DNA of 11,763 nt, taken from the IMG/VR virus record IMGVR_UViG_2700989507_000007, positions 1 to 11,763 of that record; one strand, 5' to 3'. The DNA comes from a virus. Its lineage: Duplodnaviria > Heunggongvirae > Uroviricota > Caudoviricetes. Below, in pieces: positions 1-7,466 of the stretch; position 1 is the stretch's first letter; every line of letters begins with the position of its first letter. The notes under the pieces are model-generated. The model searched no databases. It saw only the letters and a program-made list of their open reading frames with translations, and had not been told where the DNA came from. The translations under genes were made by a program, and so were the position numbers.

Positions 1-170
1 ATGAGCTGATTTTTCCGTCCCTTCGCAGGGCAAACCTGGCGCTGCGCAGGGCGAAAAGTGATGTTCAGAAGTGGGAGCGAGTCTGCGCCGCGCTGCGGGA
101 GCTGAACAAGCACCGGGATATTGTTCGGCAGATTGTCGATTCATCCGGTCGTATTGTGTCGGAAAAGTGA
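1..170 (+). CDS. 3' end of an ORF that starts left of the window (hypothetical phage protein, last ~55 aa)
   Basis: Frame in phase with position 3 stays open to TGA at 168-170; tail translates ...RELNKHRDIVRQIVDSSGRIVSEK. Start is outside the window; family not recognised. Confidence 0.3.
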   Translation, partial: ELIFPSLRRANLALRRAKSDVQKWERVCAALRELNKHRDIVRQIVDSSGRIVSEK

Positions 171-185
171 TTGCCGGAGGCGCTT

Positions 186-578
186 ATGGCAAAAGTATTT
201 ACACCAGAAGAGCGGGAAGAAGTGAAGGCGCGCATTGTGGAATTCGTGCGCCTGAGCGGACGAGAAACTTTTCGACAACTGGCAGATAAAACGGGTGTCA
301 GTAAGACCGCTATTCGTCGTTTATCTGGTGCGCTTGCGGCCAGTGGTGATGTCTGGCTCTCTGGTTGCGGGGTATTTCTATCAGAGCAGGCGTATCGCGT
401 ATGGCGCAAGACACCGGAGAAGGCTGCTGACCCGACACTGATTCGAAAGTTACCTGACGGAGAAATACGTCGTTACAACAGACGGCAGAACATAATTTGT
501 CGTGAGTGCCGCCAGAGCGAAGTTATGCAGCGTGTGCTGGCGTTCTATCGGGGTAATTTTCAGGAGGTGATGGAGTGA
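186..578 (+). CDS. hypothetical phage protein with an HTH-like segment (LADKTGVSKTAIRRL)
   Basis: Track ORF 171..578; preferred start is ATG 186 with GGAGG at 176-180. Stop TGA 576-578 overlaps the next gene's GTG start (GTGA coupling). Confidence 0.55.
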   Translation: MAKVFTPEEREEVKARIVEFVRLSGRETFRQLADKTGVSKTAIRRLSGALAASGDVWLSGCGVFLSEQAYRVWRKTPEKAADPTLIRKLPDGEIRRYNRRQNIICRECRQSEVMQRVLAFYRGNFQEVME

Positions 579-874
579 GGGTGAGGGTTTATATCGCCGG
601 TCCGATGACCGGGTATAAAAATTTCAACCGTGAGGCGTTCAACAAGGCGGAAGAGGAACTGAAACGGGAAGGGCATACAGTCTTAAACCCGGCAGTACTT
701 CCGGACGGGCTGACACAGCCGCACTACATGGATATTTGCATGTCAATGATACGCTGCGTGGATGCGATTTACATGCTGAAAGGCTGGCAGCGGTCGGCAG
801 GCGCTAAGGCAGAACTGGCACTGGCGGAGAAGCTGGGGCATGCAGTTATTTTCCAGGAGGCAAACAGTGAGTAA
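575..874 (+). CDS. DUF4406-like protein (nucleoside 2-deoxyribosyltransferase-like fold), 99 aa
   Basis: Track ORF 575..874; N-terminal VYIAGPMTG motif typical of this family; AGGAGG-like site at 562-567 before GTG 575. Family name is from memory. Confidence 0.55.
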   Translation: MRVRVYIAGPMTGYKNFNREAFNKAEEELKREGHTVLNPAVLPDGLTQPHYMDICMSMIRCVDAIYMLKGWQRSAGAKAELALAEKLGHAVIFQEANSE

Positions 875-1331
875 CCAATGGCGACCAGATATTTGCCCAA
901 TAACCGGACGTGCATTTTTCATGTGGATTGAGCATCCGAAATTGGGAAATGTACCGACGTATGGTGGCCCATTAGACAGTTACACCATTCCAACAAAGGA
1001 CAGCGATGGTGAGTTTTCGTGTGAGCGTTACGATCATGATTTCGGTGGCTGGGTAGAAAGCGAATGTCTAGGGTTATATCTGATTGATGATGAAGAACAA
1101 TGCAGAGTCTACGAACTCAAGGAGCGCGTTAAAGAGCTGGAAGCGCGGGAAGTTCATTTACCGACTCGCTACGGCCTTCGATATGGACATCCGATAAATG
1201 CTGATGAGCGCCACGTCATGATACCTAAAGAAAATGGCTGCTGGATTTATCTGGCTGATTTAGAGCACGTACTACGTGTTGCTGGTATTCGCATCAAAGG
1301 GGAGGAGCATGGAAATCAAACCAGAAGATGA
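867..1331 (+). CDS. hypothetical phage protein (~154 aa), ends ...AGIRIKGEEHGNQTRR
   Basis: Track ORF 840..1331; preferred start GTG 867 with AGGAGG at 855-860 (6-nt spacer), just before the upstream stop at 872-874. Confidence 0.5.
   Translation: MSNQWRPDICPITGRAFFMWIEHPKLGNVPTYGGPLDSYTIPTKDSDGEFSCERYDHDFGGWVESECLGLYLIDDEEQCRVYELKERVKELEAREVHLPTRYGLRYGHPINADERHVMIPKENGCWIYLADLEHVLRVAGIRIKGEEHGNQTRR
1281..1300 (+). repeat. gene-boundary repeat copy 1 (GCTGGTATTCGCATCAAAGG)
   Basis: 19/20 nt identical to 4341-4360; both sit at the 3' end of a gene encoding ...AGIRIKGE, just before the next gene's ATG. Confidence 0.6.
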
Positions 1332-1665
1332 GTTAAGTAATATTGTTTTATTTCCGGTAAAAGAGGATGACCCACGTAATCAGGTTAATTTTCTTTATGA
1401 GCCATCGGAAAGACCATATTGTCATCACGCCTCTGTCCGGGTTGACGAAAAAGAGCGTCAGGTCCGTTGTAAAATCTGCGGTGCAGTTGTGGAGACGTTT
1501 GACTGGATGCTCTCTGTGGCAAAAAGAGAAACCAGACTGGCAGATGATGTAAGGCTCTTGCGCCAGGAGGAGCGGGAAAGGCGAAAAAATATAGAAAAGC
1601 TAATTCAGATTGAGCGTAACGCGAAAGCGCGGATACGCAGGGCGACAAAATCCAGAACTGAATAA
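1309..1665 (+). CDS. hypothetical phage protein with a putative zinc-ribbon (C-H-H ... C-x-x-C) and a basic coiled-coil tail, 118 aa
   Basis: Track ORF 1276..1665; ATG 1309 preceded by a purine-rich AAAGGGGAGGAGC; overlaps the 3' end of the upstream gene. Confidence 0.5.
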   Translation: MEIKPEDELSNIVLFPVKEDDPRNQVNFLYEPSERPYCHHASVRVDEKERQVRCKICGAVVETFDWMLSVAKRETRLADDVRLLRQEERERRKNIEKLIQIERNAKARIRRATKSRTE

Positions 1666-1734
1666 TTAAATTTAGCTCTGTTAAAAATTTAATCCTTAAC
1701 CGGAGGGATTTCTGCACCCTCAGAACATCAGGAG

Positions 1735-1752
1735 GCCGCCCGAAAGGGCGGT
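1735..1752 (+). promoter_or_regulatory. GC-rich hairpin (GCCGCCC-GAAA-GGGCGGT, GNRA-type loop) between a Shine-Dalgarno-like site and the start codon of the next small ORF
   Basis: 7-bp stem with one G-U pair seen directly; CAGGAGG at 1729-1735 and ATG at 1759. Folding would bring the SD to ~6 nt from the ATG. Confidence 0.35.
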
Positions 1753-1758
1753 AGTTAA

Positions 1759-1932
1759 ATGCGAAAGTTTAAAATAATTATTGAAACGGGAATAGCCGGT
1801 GGAGATTTCGAGGATGAATTCGAAGTGGATGATGATGCGACGCCTGATGAAATACATGACGAAGCAAAAGATATTTTCTTTAACTACTGCAATTACTCAT
1901 ATCACGAAATAAAAGACGAAGAGGAGGAATAA
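1759..1932 (+). CDS. small very acidic protein, 57 aa (MRKFKIIIETGIAGGDFEDEFEVDDD...KDEEEE), ~20 D/E residues
   Basis: Not in the track (<60 aa). ATG 1759, TAA 1930-1932; the next ORF starts 2 nt later behind a GAGGAGG site. Confidence 0.4.
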   Translation: MRKFKIIIETGIAGGDFEDEFEVDDDATPDEIHDEAKDIFFNYCNYSYHEIKDEEEE

Positions 1933-1933
1933 A

Positions 1934-2110
1934 ATGGCTGATTTTGGTTCAACTAAATACAGCGTCAGTTTTGAAGAATGGCATGAACTGTTAATGGACT
2001 ATGCAGAGTTACGTGGTGGCAGTGCTGCTGATGCTGAAGCATGGCGTGATGATTATGAAGCAGGGAAAACTGCGGTCGAAGCATATTGTGATGAGTGGGG
2101 CGATGAATGA
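1934..2110 (+). CDS. small acidic protein, 58 aa (MADFGSTKYSVSFEEWHELLMDYAELRGG...CDEWGDE)
   Basis: Not in the track. ATG 1934 with GAGGAGG at 1921-1927; stop TGA 2108-2110 overlaps ATG 2107 of the next gene (ATGA coupling). Confidence 0.4.
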   Translation: MADFGSTKYSVSFEEWHELLMDYAELRGGSAADAEAWRDDYEAGKTAVEAYCDEWGDE

Positions 2111-2395
2111 GCGAGATTGACTATCAGGCGCTGCGTGAAGCAGCAGAGAAAGCAACTAAAGGATGCTACATCGTAGGGCATACATCGGGCAATCAGCATG
2201 GGAATATAACAGGAGTTTTTGTTTGTCAAAAATGGAAAGGAGAACCCGGTGGCGTGATTGCAGAATGTCATGTTAACTGCCTGGTTGAAACAGATGCTCA
2301 GGCTTACGCAAACGCTGAATTTATTGCTGCCTTTAATCCAAATGTTGCGCTGGCGCTTCTGGATGAACGGGAAAGAAACCAGCAATACATCAAAC
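2107..2395 (+). pseudogene. 5' fragment of an Ead/Ea22-like phage gene, interrupted by the IS element after codon ...YIK
   Basis: Track ORF 2107..2463 runs into the IS and ends on IS-derived codons; N-terminus MSEIDYQALREAAEKATKG resembles Ead/Ea22-like proteins (from memory). Confidence 0.55.
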
Positions 2396-2437
2396 TGAAC
2401 CGCCCCGGTTTTCCTGGAGAGTGTTTTATCTGTGAAC

Positions 2438-3325
2438 TCAGGCTGCCAGATCATCGTTTCTGATGGAAGCATAATAAGCTTTTTCTGCTTCTGCCGGAGG
2501 GATATGACCCAGCCTTCCCAGCAATCGTCGATTGTTATACCAGTCCACCCACGTGAGTGTGGCCAGTTCCACTTCTGCACGGTTTTTCCAGCTCTTACGG
2601 TGTATTACCTCCGCTTTGTAAAGACCATTGATGCTCTCCGCCATCGCGTTGTCATACGAGTCACCTGTACTCCCTGTTGATGCCAGCAGTTTTGCTTCTT
2701 TTAGTCGCTCCGTATAGGCCAGTGATACATACTGAGAACCTTTATCACTGTGATGGACTGTGCCGGACGGCCGACGGGCCCACAACGCCTGCTCCAGTGC
2801 ATCCAGCACGAATGTCGTTTCCATAGACGATGAGACTCGCCACCCCACGATACATCCGGCAAACACATCAATGATGAACGCCACATAGACGAAGCCCTGC
2901 CATGTGCTGACGTAAGTAAAATCAGCCACCCACAGCTGGTCAGGACGTTCTGCCACGAACTGACGGTTTACGCGGTCGCCTGCGGAAACGGCTTTCCGGC
3001 TGACGGTAGTACGGACCTTTTTACCCCGGAGAACACCGGCAAGTCCCATAACCGCCATGAGGCGCGCCACTGTACATCTGGCCACCCTGATACCTTCGCG
3101 TAACAACTGGCGCCAGACTTTACGCACACCGTACACCTGATGATTTTCATCGTATACGCGCTGTATCTCTCTCTTCAGCCAGTCATCGCGCTGAGCACGG
3201 GCACTGCGTTTATCAGGATGATGTCGCTGTTGCTGACAGTGGTAATACGTTGACGGGGCAATATGCAGTTCACTGCATACCGGTCCGACCCCGTACTGCT
3301 CACGCAGCTTATCCAGCAGCGGCAT
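2438..3325 (-). CDS. IS3-family transposase OrfB (catalytic domain), 295 aa
   Basis: Track ORF 2438..3325 (-); its ATG overlaps the orfA stop in the -1 frame, the classic IS3 orfAB arrangement. Confidence 0.85.
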   Translation of the reverse strand: MPLLDKLREQYGVGPVCSELHIAPSTYYHCQQQRHHPDKRSARAQRDDWLKREIQRVYDENHQVYGVRKVWRQLLREGIRVARCTVARLMAVMGLAGVLRGKKVRTTVSRKAVSAGDRVNRQFVAERPDQLWVADFTYVSTWQGFVYVAFIIDVFAGCIVGWRVSSSMETTFVLDALEQALWARRPSGTVHHSDKGSQYVSLAYTERLKEAKLLASTGSTGDSYDNAMAESINGLYKAEVIHRKSWKNRAEVELATLTWVDWYNNRRLLGRLGHIPPAEAEKAYYASIRNDDLAA

Positions 3326-3651
3326 TATTTTTTCCAGAGGCGGTCGAACTCCGCCTTCGCAAAATAAGCGGAAGCCTGGCGAAGGATATCGTTACTGCGG
3401 CGCAGTTCACGATTTTCACGTTCCAGCTCTTTCAGACGCTGACGTTCAGCGGTGGTGAGTCCACCATCACCACTCCCGGTATCCCGCTCATGCTGACGAA
3501 CCCACACACGCAGAGTCTCTGGTGTACAGCCAATCTTTGGGGCAATGGAACAAATTGCCGCCCATTGTGAGTCATATTCGCCCTGACTTTCCAGAACCAT
3601 ACGAACTGCCCGTTGACGGACCTCGGGGGAAAAACGTGTATTTTTAGTCAT
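3325..3651 (-). CDS. IS3-family transposase OrfA (HTH plus leucine-zipper part), 108 aa
   Basis: Track ORF 3325..3651 (-), [19 protein letters not shown]...; ends at an A6 slippery run (plus-strand T6 at 3328-3333) where the -1 frameshift into orfB is expected. Confidence 0.85.
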   Translation of the reverse strand: MTKNTRFSPEVRQRAVRMVLESQGEYDSQWAAICSIAPKIGCTPETLRVWVRQHERDTGSGDGGLTTAERQRLKELERENRELRRSNDILRQASAYFAKAEFDRLWKK

Positions 3652-3705
3652 CCTGTTTACCTCTTTCTCAGGGAGTTTAGTCTCCAGGATTCCCGGGGCG
3701 GTTCA

Positions 3706-4367
3706 AACGCCGCGACCAGGAGAACGAGGATATTGCGCTAACGGTAGGGAAGCTGCGCGTTGAGCTTGAAGCAGCAAAATCAAAACTCAACGAGCAGCGT
3801 GAATATTACGAGGGAGTAATCGCGGATGGAAGTAAGCGCATAGCAGAACTGGAAAAACAATGCGCCGAATGGGAGCGAAAAGCATTAAGCAACTTTGAAG
3901 AGTGTGCTGCGATGGCTGAACGTATCGAAGAGATGCAGACAAAATCTGCACCAGATTCGTTTGGCATCATCGGTGAAAATATTCGAACACAGGACAATCG
4001 AATAACGTCAGATCCCATGTTTTGTGTGTATCAAAAGCGCGAAATCGTTGTTGATGCTGATTATGACCATGACCGGATTGTCTGGGTTGACGAAGATGGC
4101 AATGAAGCCAATAAACGCCATAGTCGTCGTCTCGAGCTACTTCATGAAAACTTTCGAGAGCCACCAGAAAAATGGCGGCGCGTTGCTGTGAAAGATATTG
4201 ATGAATTCGTTACCTGCTGTTTCACCGAACAGGGTTGTAAAGACTACCTGGCAGTCAATGGTCACAATCTTCGCTTGCCATTTATATATGTAAAAAGCGG
4301 TTTCAGGAACGCTGAATATATCGGCATAAGAAACTGGCTTGCTGGCATTCGCATCAAAGGAGAGTGA
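3706..4367 (+). pseudogene. 3' part of the IS-interrupted Ead/Ea22-like gene
   Basis: Frame is open from the IS junction (codons in phase with 3708) through track ORF 3912..4367, checked codon by codon. Removing the IS and one AAC copy joins 2107-2395 to this in frame (~316 aa). Coiled-coil middle; ends ...NWLAGIRIKGE. Confidence 0.55.
4341..4360 (+). repeat. gene-boundary repeat copy 2 (GCTGGCATTCGCATCAAAGG)
   Basis: See copy 1; followed by ATG 4369. Confidence 0.6.
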
Positions 4368-4368
4368 T

Positions 4369-4884
4369 ATGGCGTTAACACACCGCGAACTCTGTCAGAT
4401 TGCGTACAAGTTCCTTAAGCGCAACGGGTTCAAGGTTTGTTTTCATGACCGCTTTATAGCTGTAACCAGTACCGGAGAACAGCCAGATGCTATGGGATTC
4501 AGAAATTCAGCATCATGCCTGATAGAGGCGAAATGTTCTCGTGCTGACTTGTTGGCAGATAGAAAAAAGCGTTTTCGTAAAAATCCGTCTCTTGGAATGG
4601 GCGACTGGCGATTCTTTATTAGTGAGCCGGGAATTATTTCAATTGAGGATTTACCACCTGGCTGGGGATTACTTCACGTTGTTAACGGAAGAGTACGGAA
4701 AGTACATGGGTGGCCCAAGGGTAATTGCTGTTGGGGTAATCCTGACGATAAGCCATTTACTGGAAATAAGCAGGTTGAATGCGATTACATGTTGTCTGCA
4801 TTAAGGCGCATGGAGTTGAGAGGGCACCTTAATGAAATATATGACGGTGTAATTGTTAATAAGAAAGAAGGAAACGCGGCATGA
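4369..4884 (+). CDS. hypothetical phage protein, 171 aa; possible PD-(D/E)XK nuclease fold
   Basis: Track ORF 4339..4884; preferred ATG 4369 with GGAG upstream. Motif GEQPD-x13-EAK seen in the translation. Confidence 0.5.
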   Translation: MALTHRELCQIAYKFLKRNGFKVCFHDRFIAVTSTGEQPDAMGFRNSASCLIEAKCSRADLLADRKKRFRKNPSLGMGDWRFFISEPGIISIEDLPPGWGLLHVVNGRVRKVHGWPKGNCCWGNPDDKPFTGNKQVECDYMLSALRRMELRGHLNEIYDGVIVNKKEGNAA

Positions 4885-5225
4885 CCACTATTACCAGAGA
4901 GCAGTTAATAGCTCACGCAGAGGAGACTATTGAAGCACAGAGACTGTGTATACCGGGCACAATCGACCATGACATCATCCGCACATATAAGATGGATATT
5001 GCTGTTCTGGAAATCGCACTGGCATCGCTGGCAGCAGAGCCAGCCGGTAAATTGCATGAATACAAACCAGTGGGGTATCAGCGTCTGGTCGACGAGTTAA
5101 CTATGCAGGTAAAGCAGTTAGCCTGGCAACTGAGGAAAGCGAAGCCGGACTGCAAACTGCCGGATAAGGCGATGGACTACCTGGAGCGAAACGGACTGAC
5201 AAGCGTGGAGGATGTTTTACGATGA
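4881..5225 (+). CDS. hypothetical phage protein, 114 aa
   Basis: Track ORF 4881..5225; ATG overlaps the upstream stop (ATGA). Confidence 0.5.
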   Translation: MTTITREQLIAHAEETIEAQRLCIPGTIDHDIIRTYKMDIAVLEIALASLAAEPAGKLHEYKPVGYQRLVDELTMQVKQLAWQLRKAKPDCKLPDKAMDYLERNGLTSVEDVLR

Positions 5226-5305
5226 CCAGGCCTGAAGCATTCACAACGGTAGGAATTGCGATGGCGGTGGCGCTGGTGGTGTATTCGATTTGCCGCTGGG
5301 GATAA
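5222..5305 (+). CDS. possible small hydrophobic peptide, 27 aa ([27 protein letters not shown])
   Basis: Not in the track. ATG 5222 overlaps the upstream stop; one predicted membrane-spanning stretch. Weak support. Confidence 0.2.
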   Translation: MTRPEAFTTVGIAMAVALVVYSICRWG

Positions 5306-5315
5306 ATCGCCGAAA

Positions 5316-5349
5316 AAAGATCCCGACACAAACATGAGCCGGGATCTTT
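5316..5349. terminator. bidirectional rho-independent terminator between convergent transcription units
   Basis: 10-bp perfect stem AAAGATCCCG / CGGGATCTTT with a 14-nt loop; A-run upstream and T-rich tract downstream, so it carries a U-tract on either strand. Confidence 0.55.
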
Positions 5350-5432
5350 GATTTATATAGCCTACGAATCCGCCAGTAAGAGAGGGGGGGGCGGACGGTT
5401 AATTCTAACACCGGAATGATGTGGGTAAAAGT

Positions 5433-5732
5433 TTATAAGAAATCGGTTTCATAACTTTGCCCACCATGATAGATACCGACAATAAAGACTTTTCTGCCAT
5501 CAACGGCAAAAGCAATAATCGTTCTGTGGCGGAAATGAGTTACCCGCATCCCCTGGCGAATATCATCGCGTTTATTGCCCCGATGCGGGAATGTAGAAAA
5601 CCCATCAAGATAATCAAGAAGCGCATTGGCAAAATTGTCAGCAATGACGTTCCCTGCTTTCTCCGTTATATATCTGTGCAGGTTGATTATTTGTTCTTCG
5701 GCCTCAGGAGTAATGATGACTTCATATGTCAT
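5433..5732 (-). CDS. parE: ParE/RelE-family type II toxin, 99 aa
   Basis: Track ORF 5433..5732 (-); size and sequence character of ParE-like toxins; directly downstream of an RHH antitoxin gene on the same strand. Confidence 0.75.
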   Translation of the reverse strand: MTYEVIITPEAEEQIINLHRYITEKAGNVIADNFANALLDYLDGFSTFPHRGNKRDDIRQGMRVTHFRHRTIIAFAVDGRKVFIVGIYHGGQSYETDFL

Positions 5733-5737
5733 GCAGA

Positions 5738-5995
5738 TTACTTCCCGGATCGAATCGCGGCGCGAACCTGTGAAATGGAGCGTCCGTTGTTTGGGTTTTC
5801 GCGGATAGAATCAAGAGAGGGGGCGGCTGAATGCGTTAACCACGCTTCGATTGCTTTATCGCGCTCATTCAGTGCGCGAAGCCCTTCACGAATGACCTCG
5901 CTTTCTGAAGCATAGGCACCGGAAGCCACACGGGCGCGCACCATGTCAGCCATTTCGTTAGTTAATGTAATGCTGAATTGTTGGGTTGTACGCAT
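5738..5995 (-). CDS. parD: ParD-type (ribbon-helix-helix) antitoxin, ~85 aa
   Basis: Inside track ORF 5738..6058 (-); preferred start is the internal ATG (reverse complement of 5993-5995) with GAGG 6 nt upstream. Contains ASESEVIREGLRAL, typical of ParD/CopG antitoxins. Stop lies 5 nt before the parE start. Confidence 0.7.
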   Translation of the reverse strand: MRTTQQFSITLTNEMADMVRARVASGAYASESEVIREGLRALNERDKAIEAWLTHSAAPSLDSIRENPNNGRSISQVRAAIRSGK

Positions 5996-6130
5996 GGTAA
6001 ACCTCACGGAGTAGGATAGAACACCATTCGATGATAGCACGTTGCCTGTTGACGACAACAGAAATCAGAGACAATATTGCCGCACGCCAGCTTGAACAAC
6101 TGGCACCTGCTGCGCCAGCAGAGAAAACCG

Positions 6131-6403
6131 ATGGCGCACAATACCAAACATCACAATTCTGATATCGCCCCTGCCAGCAGGCAAGGGCGGTGTTCTCACA
6201 CATTCAAATATGACTGGTATCAGCACGATCCCTGCACTGAAGAACAGGCCGAATGGCTGATTCATAACTACCGCAGACGTGGGTATGAGTTTAAGAAAGC
6301 CCTTAGCCTCGACTACCGTCACTGGATAATCTACGTCAGGCTCCTTTATTCCGAACGCCCGCCGCGTCCGTCCCGCACATTCCAGCAACGCATCTGGAGG
6401 TAA
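6131..6403 (+). CDS. hypothetical protein, ~90 aa
   Basis: Inside track ORF 6077..6403; ends immediately before the DUF968 gene start. Weak RBS; coding status uncertain. Confidence 0.3.
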   Translation: MAHNTKHHNSDIAPASRQGRCSHTFKYDWYQHDPCTEEQAEWLIHNYRRRGYEFKKALSLDYRHWIIYVRLLYSERPPRPSRTFQQRIWR

Positions 6404-6404
6404 C

Positions 6405-7454
6405 GTGCGGGTATTACTTCGACCTGTTCTGGTACCGGAACTCGGGCTGGTGATCGTTAAGCCGGGCCGTGAATCCATGCCGGTATTCCACAATACCCGG
6501 GTACTGGTGGAGCCGGAACCGAAAAGCATGCGTAATCTGCCGTCCGGCATCGTCCCTGCCGTTCGCCAGCCGCTAGTGGAAGACAAAACATTGCTGCCGT
6601 TTTTCAGTAACGCTCGGGTGATTCGTGCTGCTGGTGGCGCTGGCGCATTGTCTGACTGGTTACTGCGCCATGTTAAATCCTGCCAGTGGCCACACGGCGA
6701 TTATCATCACAGTGAAACCGTTATTCACCGTTATGGTACCGGCGCAATGGTGTTGTGCTGGCACTGCGACAACCAGCTGCGTGACCAGACATCCGAATCA
6801 CTCGAGCAACTTGCTCATCAAAACCTGTCAGCATGGATGATTGACGTCATCGGTCACGCAATATGCGGTACGCAGGAGCGTGAATTATCTCTGGCTGAAT
6901 TATCCTGGTGGGCGGTCCGCAATCAGGTGGCGGACGCGCTACCGGAAGCGGTATTACGTCGTTCGCTGGGGTTGCGTGCGGAAAAAATCCGCTCAGTGTA
7001 CCGTGAAAGCGACATCGTACCGGGAGAGCAGACCGCCACCAGCATACTGAAGCAGCGCACAAAAAATATTGCGCTACCGCCTCACACCCACCAGCAACAG
7101 AACCCACCACAGGAAAAGACGGTGGTCAGCATTGCCGTTGATCCGGAGTCTCCGGAATCCTTCATGAAACGACCTAAACGTCGCCGCTGGGTAAATGAGA
7201 AATACACACGCTGGGTAAAGACACAGCCGTGTGCGTGTTGTGGTAAGCCAGCGGACGATCCTCATCATCTGATTGGTCATGGTCAGGGTGGAATGGGAAC
7301 AAAATCCCACGATATTTTCACGCTACCGCTGTGTCGGGAGCATCACAACGAGCTTCATGCGGATCCGCTGGCGTTCGAAGAAAAGCATGGTTCCCAGGTT
7401 GATTTAATTTTTCGTTTTCTTGATCACGCCTTTGCGACTGGCGTGCTCGGGTAA
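6405..7454 (+). CDS. DUF968-family prophage protein (YdfU-like) with a C-terminal Cys/His HNH-like motif, 349 aa
   Basis: Track ORF 6405..7454; GTG start with GGAGG at 6396-6400. C-terminal CACCG...DDPHHLIGHG...CREHHNELH. Sits directly upstream of rusA, as in known prophages. Confidence 0.7.
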   Translation: MRVLLRPVLVPELGLVIVKPGRESMPVFHNTRVLVEPEPKSMRNLPSGIVPAVRQPLVEDKTLLPFFSNARVIRAAGGAGALSDWLLRHVKSCQWPHGDYHHSETVIHRYGTGAMVLCWHCDNQLRDQTSESLEQLAHQNLSAWMIDVIGHAICGTQERELSLAELSWWAVRNQVADALPEAVLRRSLGLRAEKIRSVYRESDIVPGEQTATSILKQRTKNIALPPHTHQQQNPPQEKTVVSIAVDPESPESFMKRPKRRRWVNEKYTRWVKTQPCACCGKPADDPHHLIGHGQGGMGTKSHDIFTLPLCREHHNELHADPLAFEEKHGSQVDLIFRFLDHAFATGVLG

Positions 7455-7466
7455 AAGAGGTGACTG

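Larger units (their letters stand above)
2396..3705 (-). mobile_element. IS3-family insertion sequence, IS629-like, 1310 bp
   Basis: Imperfect terminal inverted repeats: TGAACCGCCCCGG at 2396-2408 and its reverse complement ending at 3705. Two overlapping minus-strand ORFs (orfA, orfB). Flanked by a direct AAC repeat (2393-2395 and 3706-3708). End sequence and length match my recollection of IS629. Confidence 0.85.

Noticed and set aside
65-409. Minus-strand ORF (114 aa) and plus-strand ORF 71..289 overlapping the left-edge gene and the 186..578 gene
   Set aside because: They overlap better-supported, coupled plus-strand genes, have Arg/Ser/Pro-rich low-complexity translations and no convincing RBS; likely frame shadows.
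1385-2580. Minus-strand ORFs 1385..1717 and 2053..2580, plus-strand 1367..1552
   Set aside because: Antisense to or out of frame with the coupled plus-strand gene chain; 2053..2580 also crosses the IS boundary, which no real gene would do.
2432-3570. Plus-strand ORFs inside the IS element (2432..2680, 3250..3570) and minus-strand 2701..2886 and 2968..3150
   Set aside because: They lie within or antisense to the transposase orfA/orfB frames, which account for the element.
5384-5391. G8 homopolymer tract between the bidirectional terminator and the parE stop
   Set aside because: It is intergenic and not adjacent to any start codon or promoter element I could identify, so there is no basis for calling it a phase-variation switch.
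6065-6586. Minus-strand 173-aa ORF, and 5958..6203 (-)
   Set aside because: Low-complexity (S/T/G/R-rich) translation overlapping the plus-strand 6131..6403 and DUF968 genes and the parD promoter region; likely spurious.
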